From a virus (taxonomy: Duplodnaviria > Heunggongvirae > Uroviricota > Caudoviricetes), in the IMG/VR virus record IMGVR_UViG_2711768053_000004, positions 1 through 11,868 of that record: a stretch of 11,868 bases of DNA; one strand, 5' to 3'. The position numbers and the translations under genes are program-made. The notes beneath the pieces are model-generated. The model did not search any database. It was not told the origin of the DNA and was given only the letters and a program-made list of their open reading frames with translations. Shown piece after piece: positions 1 to 7,307 of this stretch. Position 1 is the stretch's first letter; the number at the start of each line of letters is the position of its first letter.

Positions 1-5
1 CAGCT

Positions 6-380
6 TCATTTTTTGACCTGCCCGTCATGCATTATTTCGTAAATTTTCACGCCCAACCGCCCACCGGGAACGACCTGACCGCGCACAATATTGATTTCAT
101 CAAACTGCTCGTCATCGATAAGCAGTCCCGCATGCGTCAGCGCATCCAGGGGTGCTTTCAGAATATTGTCCAGGTCACGACGGCGCTTATCCGGTGGCTC
201 TGCAATAATCTTTATCGCCAGCCTTCCGGACAGATTTAATTTCAGTTGCTGCTGGCGAACAATTAGCGCCACATCACGGCGATAACGCTCACCGGATTTT
301 GATACAAAATATGTGCTGCCACGGCGTCGCCAGTAGGTGTTCACCGTCGGCGGGTAAGGCAAAACAAACTCTATACGCAT
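6..380 (-). CDS. rusA: Holliday junction resolvase RusA (crossover junction endodeoxyribonuclease)
   Basis: 124-aa ORF with ATG start (cat at 378-380). Conserved RusA-like core (PPDKRRRDLDN...DALTHAGLLIDD...GGRLGVKIYEI) recognised from memory of E. coli RusA. Sits at the end of a nin-type block, where lambdoid phages carry rusA just before Q. Confidence 0.88.
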   Translation of the reverse strand: MRIEFVLPYPPTVNTYWRRRGSTYFVSKSGERYRRDVALIVRQQQLKLNLSGRLAIKIIAEPPDKRRRDLDNILKAPLDALTHAGLLIDDEQFDEINIVRGQVVPGGRLGVKIYEIMHDGQVKK

Positions 381-392
381 CAGTAACCTCTT

Positions 393-1442
393 TTACCCGA
401 GCACGCCGGTTGCAAAGGCGTGATCAAGAAAACGAAAAATTAAATCAATCTGAGAACCATATTTTTCTTCAAACGCCAGCGGATCCGCATGAAGCTCGTT
501 GTGATGCTCCCGACACAGCGGTAGCGTGAAAATATCGTGGGATTTTGTTCCTATCCCTCCCTGACCGTGACCAATCAGGTGATGGGGATCGTCGGCTGGC
601 TGACCACAACACGCACACGGCTGTGTCTTTACCCAGCGTGTGTATTTCTCATTTATCCAACGGCGACGTTTAGGTCGCTTCATGAAAGATTCCGGAGACT
701 CCGGATCTACGGCAATGCTGACCACCGTCTTTTCCTGTGGTGCGTTCTGTTGCTGGTGGACGTGAGGCAACGGCGCAAGATTTTTTGTGCGCTGCTTCAG
801 TATGCTGGTGGCGGTCTGCTCTCCCGGTATGATGTCGCTTTCGCGGTACACCGAGCGGATTTTTTCCGCACGTAACCCCAGAGAACGACGCAATACTGTC
901 TCAGGTAATGCGTCCGCCACCTGATTGCAGACCGCCCACCAGGATAATTCAGCCAGCGATAATTCCCGCTCCTGTGTGCCATTCATTGCATGGCGTATGA
1001 CGTCAATCATCCATGCAGACAGGTTTTGGTGAGCAAGTTGCCCGAGTGATTCGGAGGTCTGGTCGCGCAGCTGGTTATCGCAGTGCCAGCACAACACCAT
1101 CGCGCCAGCACCGTAACGATGTATGACGGTTTCGCTGTGATGGTAGTCACCATGAGGCCACTGGCAGGATTTAACATGACGCAGGAGCCAGTCAGACAGT
1201 GCACCAGCGCCGCCGGCAGCACGAATCACCCGCTCATCGCTGAAAAATGGCAGCAGAGATTTATCTTCCGCCAGCGGCTGGCGAGCGGCAGGAACGACCC
1301 CGGACGGCAGCCCGCGCATGCTTTTCGGTTCAGGCTCCACCAGCACACGCCCCTGCATAAACAAAGGCATCGCATCAGGACCGGGCCTGAAAAGTACAAT
1401 CCCCAGACGGTGAGCAATTTCAGGAGTCACTAATACCCGCAC
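393..1442 (-). CDS. DUF968-family phage protein (YdfU-like) with C-terminal Cys/His HNH-like cluster
   Basis: 349-aa ORF. Start codon is GTG (cac at 1440-1442), preceded by GGAGG at 4-5 nt spacing, 1 nt after the stop of the upstream ORF. C-terminus CACCGQPADDPHHLIGHGQGG...CREHHNELH fits DUF968. Same length as Qin YdfU (from memory). Confidence 0.75.
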   Translation of the reverse strand: MRVLVTPEIAHRLGIVLFRPGPDAMPLFMQGRVLVEPEPKSMRGLPSGVVPAARQPLAEDKSLLPFFSDERVIRAAGGAGALSDWLLRHVKSCQWPHGDYHHSETVIHRYGAGAMVLCWHCDNQLRDQTSESLGQLAHQNLSAWMIDVIRHAMNGTQERELSLAELSWWAVCNQVADALPETVLRRSLGLRAEKIRSVYRESDIIPGEQTATSILKQRTKNLAPLPHVHQQQNAPQEKTVVSIAVDPESPESFMKRPKRRRWINEKYTRWVKTQPCACCGQPADDPHHLIGHGQGGIGTKSHDIFTLPLCREHHNELHADPLAFEEKYGSQIDLIFRFLDHAFATGVLG

Positions 1443-1443
1443 G

Positions 1444-1728
1444 TTACCTCCAGATGCGTTGCTGGAATGTGCGGGACGGACGCGGTGGGCGTTCGGAATA
1501 AGGGAGTCTGACGTAGATTATCCAGTGACGATAATCGAGGCTGAGGGCTTTCCTAAACTCATACCCACGTCTGCGGTAGTTATGGATCAGCCATTCGGCC
1601 TGTTCTTCAGTGCAGGGATCGTGCTGATACCAGTCATATTTGAATGCGTGAGAACGCCGCCCGTGCCAGCTGGCAAAGACGGCTGAATTATCAGAATTGT
1701 TAATTTTTTTGTAATGCACCACTACCAT
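1444..1728 (-). CDS. hypothetical phage protein (94 aa, basic, Trp/Tyr/Arg-rich)
   Basis: ORF tightly packed against the downstream DUF968 gene. The ATG at 1728 abuts GAGG with no spacer, so the true start may be the GTG at codon 3 or 4. No family recognised. Confidence 0.45.
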   Translation of the reverse strand: MVVVHYKKINNSDNSAVFASWHGRRSHAFKYDWYQHDPCTEEQAEWLIHNYRRRGYEFRKALSLDYRHWIIYVRLPYSERPPRPSRTFQQRIWR

Positions 1729-1788
1729 CCTCGTAATGGTGCGACAGACGCCAGTTGTTCAGGCTGGCTTTAACTATAGCATTATAAT

Positions 1789-1983
1789 CTAGTCTTTCTT
1801 AATGCTGAAGTGACTGACCGAATCCGCATGCGATTCTTTGGTGATCAGAATAACATCGGGTGGCAATGGCATTACGATAAATTCACCATTCTCAAGAACT
1901 ATTACTTCATAATTACCAGGTACAGAAAGCGCAGCAATTAATTCCTTATCGTTCATAACCAAAATCCCGTGAACTTTAAACAC
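1789..1983 (-). CDS. hypothetical small protein (64 aa; possibly 55 aa from internal ATG at 1956)
   Basis: Short AT-rich ORF with GTG start at 1983 (SD directly adjacent, poor spacing). Could be a spurious frame. Confidence 0.3.
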   Translation of the reverse strand: MFKVHGILVMNDKELIAALSVPGNYEVIVLENGEFIVMPLPPDVILITKESHADSVSHFSIKKD

Positions 1984-2145
1984 CTCCCCTTAAGGGGGCC
2001 ATCCCTCTTCTCCCTGCGCGCTACTTAAGAGCCTCGATTCTAGCCGTGAAGACATACCAATCAACAGCAATAAGCCACCTGAATAACAGAATCAGCCAGC
2101 CACATCAGTACAACTAGATGCATCATGCTCACTGAAAATAAACAA

Positions 2146-2198
2146 CAAAAAACCCGCCGAAGCGCTGAGGGGTCCCCATAAATCAGCGCTAAAGCGGG
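2146..2198 (-). terminator. Rho-independent terminator at the 3' end of the hok transcript
   Basis: On the minus-strand RNA: CCCGC-uuu-AGCGCUGA-[14-nt loop]-UCAGCGCU-ucg-GCGGG followed by UUUUUU. Plus-strand arms at 2153-2157/2194-2198 and 2161-2168/2183-2190, A-run at 2147-2152. Lies about 70 nt downstream of the hok stop. Confidence 0.55.
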
Positions 2199-2267
2199 TT
2201 AAGTGCGGGTGCATTGAGGATACCTGACAACTTAAAGAGTGGCGGGAATTGCTCCCCGCCGTAGCTC

Positions 2268-2420
2268 TTAACGTTTTTCAACTTCGTAGGCTAAATACGC
2301 TGAAAGCTCTGTGTTTCCCTGCCTGATGTGCAGCTCGCATAGCGAACCGCGAACCATCCAGACAAATATCAGAATGGTGATGCAAACCACCACCAGACAA
2401 AACACATAGCTCCTTCGCAT
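2268..2420 (-). CDS. hok: Hok/Gef-family type I toxin (50 aa, single transmembrane helix)
   Basis: Hand translation of the minus strand: MRRSYVFCLVVVCITILIFVWMVRGSLCELHIRQGNTELSAYLAYEVEKR. Carries the Hok signature (hydrophobic N-terminal helix, R-x-SLCE-x-R, AYE near the C-terminus). SD GGGGG lies 5 nt before the ATG. Below the 60-aa cutoff of the supplied ORF track. Confidence 0.8.
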   Translation of the reverse strand: MRRSYVFCLVVVCITILIFVWMVRGSLCELHIRQGNTELSAYLAYEVEKR

Positions 2421-2478
2421 TACAGCCCCCTGTTAGTTGATTTCTTACTGTTAAGAGGCTAATCTTTATGTGTCGCAT
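2278..2478 (-). CDS. mok: Mok-like overlapping reading frame (translational coupler for hok)
   Basis: 66-aa ORF in a different frame that starts 58 nt upstream of hok (ATG at 2476-2478, GAGG about 9 nt upstream) and overlaps nearly all of hok. This is the hok/mok arrangement known from plasmid R1 and chromosomal hok loci. Confidence 0.5.
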   Translation of the reverse strand: MRHIKISLLTVRNQLTGGCNAKELCVLSGGGLHHHSDICLDGSRFAMRAAHQAGKHRAFSVFSLRS

Positions 2479-2540
2479 ACAGAATGCCTCAGATTAATGT
2501 TAAGCGTCTTGCCGGACGCGTAATGTTAACTGGGGCTTTT
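2472..2540 (+). ncRNA. sok: Putative Sok-like antisense RNA (approximate bounds)
   Basis: Inferred from hok/mok architecture. A plus-strand promoter candidate, TTGATT (2437-2442) - 17 bp - TAATCT (2460-2465), would start an antisense transcript across the mok initiation region. A short hairpin GCGTC-ttgccg-GACGC sits at about 2503-2519. The -10 is weak and the 3' end is undefined. Confidence 0.3.
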
Positions 2541-2711
2541 CTCTATCTGCCGTTGGTGTTCATGCCCGAGGCAGATAGCCTCAAGCACCCGCAGCAATTC
2601 TACTTAACTCTCCTTTTCCCGCAAACCGTTTTTATCCCCAGCGGCAAATCGAATACACCACCAGCGCCACCGCCATCGCAATTCCTACCGTTGTGAATGC
2701 TTCAGGCCAGG

Positions 2712-3056
2712 TCATCGTAAAATATCCTCCGCGCTTATCAGTCCGTTCCGCTCCAGATAACTCATCGCCTTATCCGGTAATTTGCAGTCTGGCTTCGCTT
2801 TCCTCAGTTGCCAGGTTAACTGCTTTACCAGCATGGTTAACTCATCGACCAGACGCTGATATCCCACTGGTTTGTATTCATGCAATTTACCGGCTGGCTC
2901 TGCTGCCAGCGATACCAGTGCGATTTCCAGAACAGCAATATCCATCTTATATGTGCGGATGATGTCATGGTCGATTGTGCCCGGTATGCACAGTCTCTGT
3001 GCTTCAATAGTCTCCTCTGCGTGAGCTATTAACTGCTCTCTGGTAAAAGTCGTCAT
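2712..3056 (-). CDS. hypothetical phage protein (114 aa)
   Basis: ATG at 3054-3056 overlaps the TGA of the upstream HNH gene (ATGA overlap), indicating translational coupling. No family recognised. Confidence 0.6.
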   Translation of the reverse strand: MTTFTREQLIAHAEETIEAQRLCIPGTIDHDIIRTYKMDIAVLEIALVSLAAEPAGKLHEYKPVGYQRLVDELTMLVKQLTWQLRKAKPDCKLPDKAMSYLERNGLISAEDILR

Positions 3057-3418
3057 GCCGTAGCCCCTTCTTGATATTTTTCAAACCAGAACACAACCGG
3101 ATCAGATTTCATTTCAACCAATCCCATACGAACCAGCGCTTTGCCTTTTCCGGACGCAAGGAATTCACGACGACCATCACTGATAATTCGCCGATAATCT
3201 TCCAGGCTACTGCAATGCTTGTGCAGGTTGCATGGGTGGCATGCCGGAACCATGTTGGATATATCGTCACGCTCCTGGTGAAGCATATTTCCAGCAAAAC
3301 GAATGACCGGTTTTACATGGTCTGCATGCCACTTTTCGCCAAGTTCGCAGCCGCAATAAGCACAGCGACCGCCGAACTTCATGCGCAGCTCTGCACGTTG
3401 TTTTTTCGTCAGTGCCAT
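3053..3418 (-). CDS. HNH endonuclease (121 aa)
   Basis: Motifs CAYCGC...WHADHVKP...N...CHPCNLHKH (CxxC / HxDH / N / H / CxxC). The ORF track starts at 3508, but the internal ATG at 3416-3418 has a good SD (AAGGAAA) and sits 2 nt after the stop of the upstream small ORF, so it is the preferred start. Confidence 0.75.
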   Translation of the reverse strand: MALTKKQRAELRMKFGGRCAYCGCELGEKWHADHVKPVIRFAGNMLHQERDDISNMVPACHPCNLHKHCSSLEDYRRIISDGRREFLASGKGKALVRMGLVEMKSDPVVFWFEKYQEGATA

Positions 3419-3419
3419 A

Positions 3420-3638
3420 TCAGCTTTCCTTATACGGATTAATTTTATTGTGCAGTGTGTTGAACGACGCCCACACCACGTCGTTATACAATTCAATAAC
3501 TGGCTCAATTATTTTCCCGATTGTCCAGACAAAAATTAGCGGGGATGTCGGTATCATCAACACGATAAACAGAATGAGAAACAGAAATTCTGTTGTTCTA
3601 CTCTTTCGCGGATATTTTTTTCTAAATAATGTGACCAT
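3420..3638 (-). CDS. small predicted membrane protein (72 aa, one hydrophobic helix)
   Basis: ATG start at 3636-3638. Hydrophobic segment FLFLILFIVLMIPTSPLIFVWTIG. Ends 2 nt before the HNH start. Preceded by the GC hairpin at 3644-3659. Confidence 0.45.
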   Translation of the reverse strand: MVTLFRKKYPRKSRTTEFLFLILFIVLMIPTSPLIFVWTIGKIIEPVIELYNDVVWASFNTLHNKINPYKES

Positions 3639-3732
3639 TCATTACCGCCCTTTCGGGCGGCCTCCTGATGATTTGAGGGTGAAGGAATCCCTCCGGTTAA
3701 GGATTAAATTTTATTTACAACACTAAATTTAA

Positions 3733-4257
3733 TTATTCAGGCGCGCGAATCTGTTCCGCACAATGCAATAATGCTTCTGTCACTTCCTTAAGCGTTACGG
3801 TATCGGCATCATCCAGTCCTGCAACTTTTGCGTGCCTGACAAACGCCGCGCGAAGCTCGTTAAACGCCACCGCCCGTACATCAGCCAGGAAAGCATCTGT
3901 AGCCTGGGTTTGCGGCATACCTCCGTCTGTTGCGCAGATATACGCATCAGATATTTCATCCTGCTCGCCATTAAACACATAGCAACTCTGTACGATAAAT
4001 TTATTCAGCCGCGCATTCTCCGCCGCCAGCGTCATGCGTTCTTTCTCAAGTCGGAAAATTTCTGTCACGTATTTGGCGTTTTCACCCCCCTTGATTAACT
4101 CGTTAATTCGTTTGCTTTTAATTTCCAGTTCATCCAGCAGTTCCAGCACAACCTGAGGTGTGGCTTTCATACGAAATGCCAGCAATTTTTGTGGTGTGGC
4201 TGCTATTTTTATTGCTTCTGCCGCCCCACGCAGTGCCTGATAGTCAATCTTGCTCAC
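3733..4257 (-). CDS. hypothetical phage protein (174 aa), possibly Ead/Ea22-like
   Basis: GTG start at 4257 with strong SD (AAGGAG, 7-nt spacing). Central coiled-coil-like region. The family name is a weak guess from the N-terminal motif MSKIDYQALRGAAEA. Confidence 0.6.
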   Translation of the reverse strand: MSKIDYQALRGAAEAIKIAATPQKLLAFRMKATPQVVLELLDELEIKSKRINELIKGGENAKYVTEIFRLEKERMTLAAENARLNKFIVQSCYVFNGEQDEISDAYICATDGGMPQTQATDAFLADVRAVAFNELRAAFVRHAKVAGLDDADTVTLKEVTEALLHCAEQIRAPE

Positions 4258-4510
4258 TGGTTGTCTCCTTTTTCCATGTTTTCAGACTTTCACCACAGAA
4301 CGGGCAAAATGAGACTCGAATAGGTGATTTAGAAAATTCACCGGAACGCAACATCACCAAATCAGGGGCGCGAGTTAAATTCTCATTCCAGATTTTGTAT
4401 ATCAGCAGACCTTTTCGCATCGTGTATTCAGCATCATGCTCAAGGGACTTTGCCAGTGCTGCACATGGTTCTATCTTGTTGCCCTTAACCTGGCATTTTG
4501 ATTCACTCAC
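4244..4510 (-). CDS. small Cys-rich (putative zinc-ribbon) protein, 88 aa
   Basis: GTG start at 4508-4510 overlaps the TGA of the upstream gene (GTGA), with AGGAGG 7 nt upstream. Cys pairs C-x9-C near the N-terminus and CPFC near the C-terminus. Confidence 0.5.
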   Translation of the reverse strand: MSESKCQVKGNKIEPCAALAKSLEHDAEYTMRKGLLIYKIWNENLTRAPDLVMLRSGEFSKSPIRVSFCPFCGESLKTWKKETTSEQD

Positions 4511-4902
4511 CGCACCACCTCCTGAAAATTACCCTGATAAAACGCCAGTACGCGCTGCATAGCTTCGCTCTTCCGGCACTCGCTACAGATTATGTTCTGA
4601 CGCCTGTCGTAGCGGCGTATTTCTCCGTCTGGTAACTTTCGAATCAGTGTCAGGTCGGTTCTTTTCTCCGGTGTCTTACGCCATACGCGATACGCCTGCT
4701 CTGATGCAAAAACACCGTATTTACCGGACATGTATAAATCGCCACAAGCCAGCACATCCACAAGGCAGCGTCGAACCGAATGCCAGCCTGCTCCCGTCGC
4801 TCTCTCCAGCTGTGACATCGTCATGCGTCCATTTTTGCGTACCAATCCGATAATTCGTGCCTTCAGCTCTTCCCGCTGTTCGAGAGAAAAAGGTTTCGCC
4901 AT
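4507..4902 (-). CDS. hypothetical phage protein (131 aa)
   Basis: The ORF track starts at GTG 4929, but the in-frame codons AGGAGG-attt-ATG place a canonical SD before the ATG at 4900-4902 (MAKPFSLEQREEL...), which is the preferred start. No family recognised. Confidence 0.6.
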   Translation of the reverse strand: MAKPFSLEQREELKARIIGLVRKNGRMTMSQLERATGAGWHSVRRCLVDVLACGDLYMSGKYGVFASEQAYRVWRKTPEKRTDLTLIRKLPDGEIRRYDRRQNIICSECRKSEAMQRVLAFYQGNFQEVVR

Positions 4903-4932
4903 AAATCCTCCTGAAAAAATCACCTTCACAAT

Positions 4933-5598
4933 TCATACAAAACCAGCCGCTTTCCGGCGTTCATACTCCTGTTTCAGCAACTCAATTGGTGTTGGCCCCG
5001 ACGGGCGTTTTGGTGCTGCCAGTTGCCGCCGTACGGCCGGAACGCTGAAGCCGTCACCAACATGCTTTGCCCATTTCGCCAGTTGCCGTTCTGCAAGTCG
5101 TTTTAACTCACCTTCGGTCATCTGGCGCTCAATCCCCTTTGAACGCATCTCGAGGCAAATGTGATACAGCACAGGCTGAGACCACGGGTATTTATCGCTT
5201 CCGTCGTATCGCCAGGACTCGTTGCGCCAGCGGCGGTACTCCTCCATCACAGCATCCACCGTCAGACCGAATGGATTGGCCCCGCTTTCCGAAATCAGCG
5301 CCACAAACTCAGCCAGGTCCGGAGGCCATGTTTCACCTGCCCTGCAACGGTCCATGCACTGGCGGCAGACCTGCCGGATTTGCTGCTCAGTCATCGCGCC
5401 AATCTGTGCAATCCAGAGCTTCGAAGGTGCGGCCCCGTTCTTCTGGGTCCAGCGGTTCGAATAAACCTCCCCCATGAGTTCCCACAGCTTCCAGGCAGTT
5501 TCCGTCGTTGATAAATCCGTTTTCACGTTCCCACCGCTCACGTGCTGCCCGAATTTCCTGAACTGCCCGTGATGCGGTGCCACCTGGTGCTGCTGCAT
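4933..5598 (-). CDS. Replication protein P-like (lambda P family helicase loader)
   Basis: 221 aa. ATG at 5596-5598 with SD GGGGG at 6-nt spacing. The pattern ...[10 protein letters not shown]...YPW...[14 protein letters not shown]... parallels lambda P (...PGQFVAW...YPW...LTDAELRRKAADEL...), recalled from memory. Its first 212 nt overlap the 3' end of the O-like ORF. Confidence 0.7.
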   Translation of the reverse strand: MQQHQVAPHHGQFRKFGQHVSGGNVKTDLSTTETAWKLWELMGEVYSNRWTQKNGAAPSKLWIAQIGAMTEQQIRQVCRQCMDRCRAGETWPPDLAEFVALISESGANPFGLTVDAVMEEYRRWRNESWRYDGSDKYPWSQPVLYHICLEMRSKGIERQMTEGELKRLAERQLAKWAKHVGDGFSVPAVRRQLAAPKRPSGPTPIELLKQEYERRKAAGFV

Positions 5599-6427
5599 GG
5601 TTTACCCCCTTGCTGACTGGTTTAGCCTGCGCCCTGACGTGATTTACGTGACGGGCGAATTTCTGCTCCCACTGAACCTGCGTGAAAACTTTACCCTCCG
5701 CTGCCCAGTAGTCCCGGAAGGCGGCAAGTTCAGCTGGTGTAAATTCCGGCTCCGGCAGAGCCACTCCCCACAGAGCCGCCCGTCGTCGAAAATCCGGCGA
5801 CGGATGCCAGCCATCGGTCATCGGAAATTTCCCGATGGGTTCGCTCAGGCCTTCCAGGTAATCAGGTTCCGCTGTTTGCAACGGCACGCCATTTGCCTCA
5901 CTGGTCGGAGCACTCTCGCGCACGCGCGCGTTATGTGTGGGGTTTAATTCTTTATCTGTATCTTTATCTGTCGTGACTCGTCGTGACATGTCGTGACATA
6001 TGCGTGACTCGTCGCGCCCCCCCTCATTCTGTTTTCGTAATTTTTCCCTCTCGCGCTGCGCTCTCTTGCGCTCTGCCGGGGATTTCGCGGTTTGTGAAAC
6101 GTTGCCATTGTCCTCTTTCAGTACCTGGCGTTTTTCCCATCCACTGATCAAATCTCCATCAAGTACCCGCCCCTGCATTGCCTGTAAAATTGAATCAATT
6201 ACTTCTTCCGTCACATCAAGCGCACTTGCTAAATCTTCCGCCGTGACATCAATGTGACCACGTAGTGACACGCCGTGACATGTCGTGACATTTCGTGACG
6301 CACTCACCAGAAGGTGGATATACACAGCCATCACTGTTGCGATTGGCTGTCCTGACACCCTGGAAATTGTTCGCCACTTAGGATCGTTTGGCATGTCATG
6401 CCATAATCTGAGCCAGGCGTTAGCCAT
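5387..6427 (-). CDS. Replication initiator, O-like (YdaU-like), containing the ori iterons
   Basis: Long ORF directly upstream of the P-like gene with two iteron arrays inside the coding sequence. The ORF track start (6433) is GTG; the ATG at 6425-6427 has a better SD. The 3' boundary is uncertain because of the long overlap with the P-like gene. Confidence 0.65.
   Translation of the reverse strand: MANAWLRLWHDMPNDPKWRTISRVSGQPIATVMAVYIHLLVSASRNVTTCHGVSLRGHIDVTAEDLASALDVTEEVIDSILQAMQGRVLDGDLISGWEKRQVLKEDNGNVSQTAKSPAERKRAQREREKLRKQNEGGRDESRICHDMSRRVTTDKDTDKELNPTHNARVRESAPTSEANGVPLQTAEPDYLEGLSEPIGKFPMTDGWHPSPDFRRRAALWGVALPEPEFTPAELAAFRDYWAAEGKVFTQVQWEQKFARHVNHVRAQAKPVSKGVNHAAAPGGTASRAVQEIRAARERWERENGFINDGNCLEAVGTHGGGLFEPLDPEERGRTFEALDCTDWRDD
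5972..6008. repeat. Iteron array 1: 4 x CGTGAC at about 10-bp periodicity
   Basis: CGTGAC at 5972, 5982, 5992 and 6003, flanked at 5950-5970 by an AT-rich direct repeat (TTTATCTGT x2). Confidence 0.6.
6243..6299. repeat. Iteron array 2: 6 x GTGAC at 10-11-bp periodicity
   Basis: GTGAC at 6243, 6254, 6265, 6275, 6285 and 6295, all in the same orientation, inside the N-terminal coding part of the O-like gene. Confidence 0.6.
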
Positions 6428-6498
6428 ACTCACCTCTTCTGATACCGAATCTTTTTACTCACGAATTGCCGGAAGCGATCCGGTATGAATATTGTCAG

Positions 6499-6924
6499 TC
6501 AATGCACAACCACAATATTTCCCGCCGGGCCACCACGATTCATCTGGTTGAAACCAGCGATCGCCACTGCGACAAAATCATCAGCGTCTCTCACCAGTCG
6601 TTCCCGCGTCTCCACCAGTTCCCGAAAATAGGCTGAACTGTGGCTGCGCATTCGGGCCACCAGCAGAGGTGGCATTGCTTTTTCGATCGCTGGTAACAAC
6701 GCCTGAATTTTTTTAACCGCATCAGGGGTGTCTTTATCCAGCCAACGGAAAATTTTCTGGGTATTACGAGCCAGCGCTTCCGGATGCCTGTCGTCATATA
6801 GCTCCGGGAACGTCATACCCAGCTCAAAATAAGCCCGGGTTATTTCAGCTGCCGGAACTTTTTCACCGTCCGGATGCGCCCAGGCATTCATCGCCATACG
6901 GATGTGTTCATGCTTGATTTTCAT
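6499..6924 (-). CDS. YdaT-like protein (cII-position gene of Rac-type immunity regions)
   Basis: 141 aa, ATG start. Begins MKIKHEHI and ends VVH, as I recall for Rac YdaT (140 aa). Its start overlaps the end of the Cro-like gene by 17 nt. Confidence 0.7.
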   Translation of the reverse strand: MKIKHEHIRMAMNAWAHPDGEKVPAAEITRAYFELGMTFPELYDDRHPEALARNTQKIFRWLDKDTPDAVKKIQALLPAIEKAMPPLLVARMRSHSSAYFRELVETRERLVRDADDFVAVAIAGFNQMNRGGPAGNIVVVH

Positions 6925-7192
6925 GAATCAACCCTATTTTTTTGGATCTGATAACTTCTTCTGGAATCCCACTAACTGGAGTAGGGTGCAAATCAGGCCG
7001 GAGATCATGCGGAGTAACAATCCATTCCCCAAGCTCACAAAGCCTAATAACCCTCTCACTAGGAACCCTGTTCCTGATAATCCAATTAAAAATGGATTGA
7101 GGCGATTTGAAACCAAACATGCGACTTACAGCAGAGGGAGAACCAATAGCCATAACTGCCTTTTCTGTAATGTTTTTGTATGTAGTGCTCAT
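6908..7192 (-). CDS. Cro-like HTH regulator (YdaS family)
   Basis: Resembles the YdaS/Cro HTH region (..SIFNWIIRNRVPSERVIRLCELGEWIVTPHDLRPDL..). Divergent from the repressor gene. Preferred start is the ATG at 7190-7192 (GGAG, 6-nt spacing); the ORF-track ATG at 7204 has no SD. Confidence 0.75.
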   Translation of the reverse strand: MSTTYKNITEKAVMAIGSPSAVSRMFGFKSPQSIFNWIIRNRVPSERVIRLCELGEWIVTPHDLRPDLHPTPVSGIPEEVIRSKKIGLIHENQA

Positions 7193-7219
7193 CGTTAGCT
7201 CCATTTCAAGAACGAGAGA

Positions 7220-7307
7220 ATAATACTACATAAAGTAGAATTTGCAACTACACAAAATAGAAATGACGAATCAAGGCAACTGCTTTAATCTTCTACATAT
7301 GGTAGAA
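7220..7307. promoter_or_regulatory. Immunity-region divergent promoter/operator segment
   Basis: Minus-strand PR-like promoter: -35 TTGCAA (7242-7247), 16-bp spacer, -10 TATTAT (revcomp of 7220-7225). Operator-like palindromes CTAC-N5-GTAG at 7226-7238 (inside that spacer) and TTCTAC-atatg-GTAGAA at 7291-7307 (centred on the repressor ATG candidate at 7299). Confidence 0.5.

Noticed and set aside
27-285. Plus-strand ORFs 27..239 and 91..285
   Set aside because: Antisense to the well-supported rusA gene, with no RBS and low-complexity translations.
537-1433. Plus- and minus-strand ORFs inside the DUF968 gene (537..875, 797..982, 1007..1222, 1083..1433, 1226..1417)
   Set aside because: Alternative frames of a long, motif-supported gene, with no independent start signals.
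2484-2962. Plus-strand ORFs 2484..2696 and 2693..2962
   Set aside because: The first lies over the hok leader / putative Sok region and the second is antisense to the translationally coupled 114-aa gene. Neither has a convincing RBS.
3419-3508. N-terminal extension of the HNH ORF (start at 3508)
   Set aside because: It overlaps the upstream small ORF, and the internal ATG at 3418 has a proper SD and operon spacing.
4158-5511. Plus-strand ORFs 4158..4562, 4647..4853, 4730..5164, 5067..5477, 5161..5511, 5222..5464
   Set aside because: Antisense to the tightly packed minus-strand operon. Pro/Arg/Ser-rich translations with no RBS.
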